A DNA stretch of 64,000 bases from Bugula neritina (Eukaryota > Animalia > Bryozoa): contig OZ037767.1 in assembly GCA_964035545.1 (NCBI GenBank), positions 29,218,628 through 29,282,627 on the forward strand. Direction: 5' to 3'. Below, one piece after another: positions 58,658 through 64,000 of this stretch. Within the stretch, counting starts at the first letter, position 1, and each line of letters opens with the position of its first letter. The notes below the pieces were generated by a model. That model saw only the letters and a list, made by a program, of their open reading frames with translations. It was not told the origin of the DNA and searched no databases. The translations under genes and the position numbers were made by a program.

Positions 58658-61600
58658 TTAGGTTTTGCTTTTCATGCCAGTCTGAACCTGATGTTGTAAA
58701 TAAGAAAGAACTTTTGTTGCCATTTCCTGCAATTCGGGACTTGGACTGGTGCCAGCAAGTGCTAGCAAGTACTGGTGAGCCTCAGTCAGTGAGGCATTCC
58801 GCAGCAGGTCCTGTACAGGTGTTACCATTATCGCCATGGTGATACAGAAAACTACTGCTTTCTGCACAGCCAACTCCTTATAACACCTGAACACAAAAGC
58901 AAATCTCTTCATAATTATACAGTTTCCACATGAAAAAAGAGAATACATAGAAATTAAGTGTATATTATAACATATTGCAATGAATATTAATATAGCAACC
59001 CAAAGACTGTGAACCTAAGATTTCAGTAGACAAAGTAGAATTAAAGTCGACCTGAATGCCCAGACTACTTGAAGCAACTCTGACGCCATTCTTGGAGCTA
59101 GGAGGCAGTTTTGAGCCGAGGCAACTATCTTTCCAAGAGTATAGAAATACTGGACCAGCAATATAGTGTCCGCATTGAATGGGTTGTACTCTCTTTCTCC
59201 ATTTCTCACTGCCTTCAAGAACCAAGATTCAATTATGTATCCAGTAAAACGTGCAGTAATTTTCACACTGGCAAATGTCAAACTTGAACTGACAAGACCA
59301 TATTAATATTTTCAATAACATGTGAGATTTATAACACAAATTTACATCTACCCCATCAAGTTACATTCAACACCAACATGACACCATTGAGTAGTTAGGA
59401 GTCACCTGAAGGTAGACACGTTAACTCAGTCACAACTCACCAAAAGAAGAGGAAAGAAAAAATGTCCGGCCACGGCAGAAAAGCGATTAGCGACGCTCGT
59501 GTCAGCTGTGTGAGAAGCTGAGGCAAAGCGCCTTGTTTTGGCCTCAATGCGCCTGTCTACAATCTCTCTCCAGTTGGGTTCTGTGTAAGAAGAGAAGACA
59601 ACTACCGTATAACTTATGAACTTGTAAATAGAAAGAAATTTCTAATTTTACATGTAAACACAACGAGTCTTTACATGGCGGCCATATTATTGCATCTCAC
59701 CAGACGGTTCGTCGCCAACGTTCAGAGTTGTCATCTCCTCAACCAGACTAGATGGTTTCTTCTCATGTTCAGCTTTGGGGTCAGCGAGTTGCACGGCACC
59801 GGCAGCAAGAGCATCCAACATATCCAGTCTCTAGAGACGACCACACAGTATATGAATTATTTGGAAGAGCAAGACTGAGGAGAGGTCATGGAAATTATAG
59901 TTTGATAACCAACCTGGCGCACATTGTAGTTCCTCGCGCTGAACTCTTTACACAAGTATTGTGCAACAGGCACAGGGGAGACGACTAGAAGAGACACCAG
60001 AGACTCGTGATGGAGGAGGACAAAGTTCTCAACTACTAGGGAACTCTCCATGTGCAGCAGAACTTTAGCAAACTCTACAGATACCTGCTCAAGTATATAT
60101 TAGGGTGATGAAATGAGATGTAGATATCAAGGTGTAGCATACGTGTGATAGACGTATTCAATGTACAACTAGATCAGAAACTACCACCACCGCCGCCACC
60201 ACCACAATCGCCGCCACCACCACGATCCTTACTAGTAATAATCATGAAATCACAAATACCTCTTCTGTCATCACTTTGCTACGTCTGATGAGAGTTGGAG
60301 CCACCTTCAAGCATGACTCAACCTTCTCTGGGTTGTCAGCTGACATCAGTCCTTGCATGCACTCTCCAAGGTACGATGCCGGCTGCTCCGTAGGCCTAGC
60401 CTTGTCCTCAAACTCACCCAGTGGCTCTAAATCATCATCGCTGTCTAGATCCTCCCCATACTAGTAAACATACATAGAATCTTAGGCTACTGCTTTGTGA
60501 ACTCAAATCACAGGCTAAAAGCAAAGATGGGGGTGTAGAAATACTAATCTCAACGGCTACAAACAAACCACTAGTACTAACACCAAATGTGGCTTATTGA
60601 ACATAATTTTCATCTTGTAGCTGGTGGTAAAATGATTTCAATTAAAAACGCGACTTCTACTATGAAGTTGAGCTGGAGGAAATGTCGTAAATAGGAGAGA
60701 AATGAGAAAAAACATCACTTAGGAAGATCGGAGTGACCAAGAACCATCACGTATTTCACATAACAGTTATGCAACCTGATGGGTGTATTATTCAGTGTAT
60801 AATTCACCATCTTCCACCAGCCATACCTGCGCCCTGTCAAGAACCGGTTTACTAGTTCCACTAACATCTCCAGGGCTGTCACCGAGTATATTCTTAGACT
60901 GTTTTTCATAAGCGGAGCTGTCGGGCAGCGTTGGACACGTTTCCAGTGACACAAGCTCCCTGTATATTTGATCATCATCATAATCAAATTCCAGCTTCTT
61001 CTCCAGCTGTGGATTCAACTTAGCGGAGAGGATTTGAGCCACCGCCATACCTGCAGTGTTGTTACACAGCATATGGGCTAGTAGAGAATACAACTCATCA
61101 AATGCATTACATTGTTATATCTCAACGACGGCGTAACAAAACTGTAAAACATAGAATTTAAAATTGTGTTTTTGTCAGCTTTCTGTAACTCAAAGGTTAA
61201 TAATATTCTGCTGTTGAAAGTTTACTCGATGCTCTGGTATGTCATAACTCAAACATCAACCTGCCCAGGTGACAAGCTAGCGGCAGCAATGCTAGCGGCA
61301 GCTATTACCTATGTGTCTGATTGATGAATCGCTGTTAGTCAGATGATTTTGAAGACCGGACATTAGATCTTTAAACAGCGGCATTTTGAGAGAGTCAGAC
61401 GAGTGAGAAGGAAGGAATGTAGAACAGACTACAATGGCCTTACTTATATACATGTGTTGATCCAGGGATACACATCTATAAGGGAAAGAAATTAAATATA
61501 CCTGATATTATACACCTGATACTATACACCTGATACTATACACCTGATACTATAAACCTGATACTATACACCTGATACTATACACCTGATACTATACACC

Positions 61601-64000
61601 TGATATTAAACACCTGATACTATACACCTGATACTACACACCTGATACTATACACCTGATACTATATACCTGATACTATACACCTGATACTATACACTTG
61701 ATACTACATATCTGATACTATACACCTGATACTATAAACCTGAACTTACACACCTAATACTGCTTGCATCTGCCCACACTTGCAGTAACTTATTGAACGT
61801 TGTGTGATACAGATGGACACGAGAGGGAGATGACGCCAAGTAGCCAATTACGTTGTAGAGCAGCTTGCTGACGTCTGCACTGGTATAGAATTTGTGCAGC
61901 AGCACCTTGTCCATTATTAGGTATTGAAGTTTCTTAGAATCTAAAATAAACACACCATGTTTACAGTTTACAACTTAAGAGGCTGTCCCTTGCATACGCA
62001 TCAGTAAATAAGTAGTTTTTTTCAACTTGATAGACACACTATTCTAAGAACTGAAAACATACGTTGTGAAAATAGATTACTGAAATTATTATAAATGCTT
62101 GTCAGAAAAGTTTTTCAAACAACTTTATGAGTCGACTTATAATTTAGAAAACTAAACTTGATATAAATTTCAACATCGGCACACAAAAAAATAATCTGTG
62201 CAATCAACTGCCTCATTTTAATATTTGACATTGTATTTTTAGTAAATTCAATGAAAAGATAAGACAATTACATCAATTTTCTTTTAGAGAAAAACAATAT
62301 TTTGGATTCACACTGCTTGTAATATGAAATGAATAGTGAAATTATTTTGTATCATATGACAATAGAAGTGTGTAACTGAATGTCATTTGTATCAAATAAA
62401 AAGCGCCAAATGTATGAATGCAGAAAATAGCCTGTAGTTAGTACAAACACTTACTACAATAAAATAATCACACTATGGTATCAATTTAATCAATAAACTA
62501 TAATCAATGATGTAGGAAATAGACAGACATAACAAACACATATTCACCATAGTTAGTTGTTAGAAACAATAACAAACCTATTATGGTGTTACCAAGCAAT
62601 GCCGATATATCATCATAGTGATAGACACAACGGAGTAAAGGAATGATTGTAGAGTCCAAAGCTGTCACAGCTATTCCACTAACTACTTTGTGAAAAACTC
62701 TGGACAATAGGAAGTCTTGGTTAACCTGCAAATAAAGAGACTGACTCCATTAAAGCGGAGGTAACACTAAAGATTTGGTTAAGAAGCCATTAAAGATACT
62801 TCCATTACATGTGTAATTGCTTACTTTGTTATAATGCAGTAACACGTGACCACGGAAATCAAACTTCACTGTTTATTAAAATCTCACATTTCAAACGAAA
62901 TGGCTGCCATCTAAGTTACTAGAATATTCCGGAAGCTCACCATAATGTCTGCGAGTAGTGATGTCCACAGGTCTATGGCCAGTCCATGCACACACAGCTT
63001 GCCGATCAGCAAACTGATGAACGACACGGAACTAGACAGACCTTTCTGCAGTCTGACCTTGACATCATTTAGACTGAGGAGAATAGACTTGTACAGGGTC
63101 GGGTAGTAAACGTTCCTCTGAAGATTAAGGGGGACATTTTGCTGAAACCTGACAAAATGAATGTTCAATTCACATAGCAGAGTATTGTAAATAATGCAAC
63201 TGTGTATATCAAAACTGTAACACCGATTACATAAAATACAACTATTTAGAGATATAATAGTGTAGGAAAGTACAAATTCATAAATTTATAAATTCATAGC
63301 AGCAGAAACTTGGCTTCTTACAGGTAATATAAGCATTATACAATTCTTCTTTCATATGCCCTTCACTGCTCACCTGTTAGCTGCCTTATCAGGTAGACAA
63401 GCGTACGCCTGAACGAGTGAGTCGTGTTCACCATTCAACATATAGCTGTCTGTGGAGCACTTGCTCACCATGATGTCAGCGAGTTTACCGGCAGCAACCA
63501 GTTGCGAGAGATATACAACACATTTCTCTTGAGTAACAGTGGCATAATCACTCGACAGGCCTGCATAAAGCACCTGAAATGTAATTCCTGAATTGTTAGA
63601 AAAGACAACTACAGCAAAAATACCTGTATCATACTTTAACATACAAGTGAAGTTTAAAATATAGAAAAATATTAAATATGTTTGCAGTTAAAATATAATC
63701 AGGCTGCCTTCCATATTTTTGTACTAGGTAGAAATGATAAATGCTAAAATGCTTAATATAAACCAGAGAGTGTAGATGCAATCTAACTCTGCTTACAGAT
63801 ATCAACAACATTAAGCATAAATACACAGAACACTATTTGAAAACAGTAGTAATTTTCGTGTGGAGTAACCAAAGCTGTAACGCCACTAAAGTAAATATAA
63901 TTTACAAGAACACAATTCAAAACGTTTCCATACCTCAAAGGAAACATCTGCTGGACCATTGAGAAATATAGCCGACAAGCATTTTGAGTTGCTGGTCACG
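58658..64000 (-). CDS. TELO2: Telomere length regulation protein TEL2 homolog (TTT complex, PIKK co-chaperone); 5' end lies beyond the window
   Basis: Exon translations include IFLNGPADVSFE, ACLPDKAANR, SSSVSFISLLIGKLCVHG, ALLGNTI, KLQYLIMDKVLLHKFY..VIGYLA, QHMYISKAIVVC, GMAVAQILSAKL, the acidic motif EDLDSDDDLEP (~60425-60460) followed by PASYLGECMQGL, WREIVDRRIEAKTRRF, NRFSAVAGHFFFPL and the C-terminal exon 58658-58886. These are collinear with TELO2 as I recall it. Confidence 0.93.
61499..61744 (-). repeat. 14-bp minisatellite (plus strand CCTGATACTATACA), ~17 copies, filling a TELO2 intron
   Basis: Exact 14-bp period; occupies about 245 of the 278 nt of intron 61476-61753. Confidence 0.95.

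Noticed and set aside
58965-59225. Alternative-frame ORFs overlapping TELO2 exons (also 60715-60987 and plus-strand 58555-60464)
   Set aside because: Shadow frames of the TELO2 coding exons; the homologous frame is a different one.

Overview
AT-rich, intron-containing animal genomic DNA; the gene set suggests a non-arthropod invertebrate, probably a lophotrochozoan (inference). Most entries in the ORF track are intron read-throughs or microsatellite artefacts, so I assembled genes by hand from GT-AG boundaries and intron phase. Five protein-coding genes are present. (1) A minus-strand, apparently secreted mosaic of 5 Ig and 5 EGF domains, with two half-EGF mini-exons and a candidate 3-nt micro-exon (~556-15004). 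(2) A minus-strand NGF-family neurotrophin precursor (18455-22022). (3) A plus-strand KCNQ1/Kv7.1 channel (38628-50040) with a 1.3-kb TA-flanked non-autonomous DNA transposon in one intron. (4) An unrecognised ~550-aa single-pass membrane protein (51206-57555) with a signal peptide, ~23-aa ectodomain, TM helix, juxtamembrane Cys cluster and nine acidic (F/L)D(D/E)YTIY(D/E) tyrosine repeats. This is the architecture of a LAT/PAG/SIT-like transmembrane phosphotyrosine adaptor and is the best candidate for an undescribed system. (5) TELO2 on the minus strand (58658 to beyond 64000). There are also many mini- and microsatellites, two of which look like amplified splice-donor junctions.
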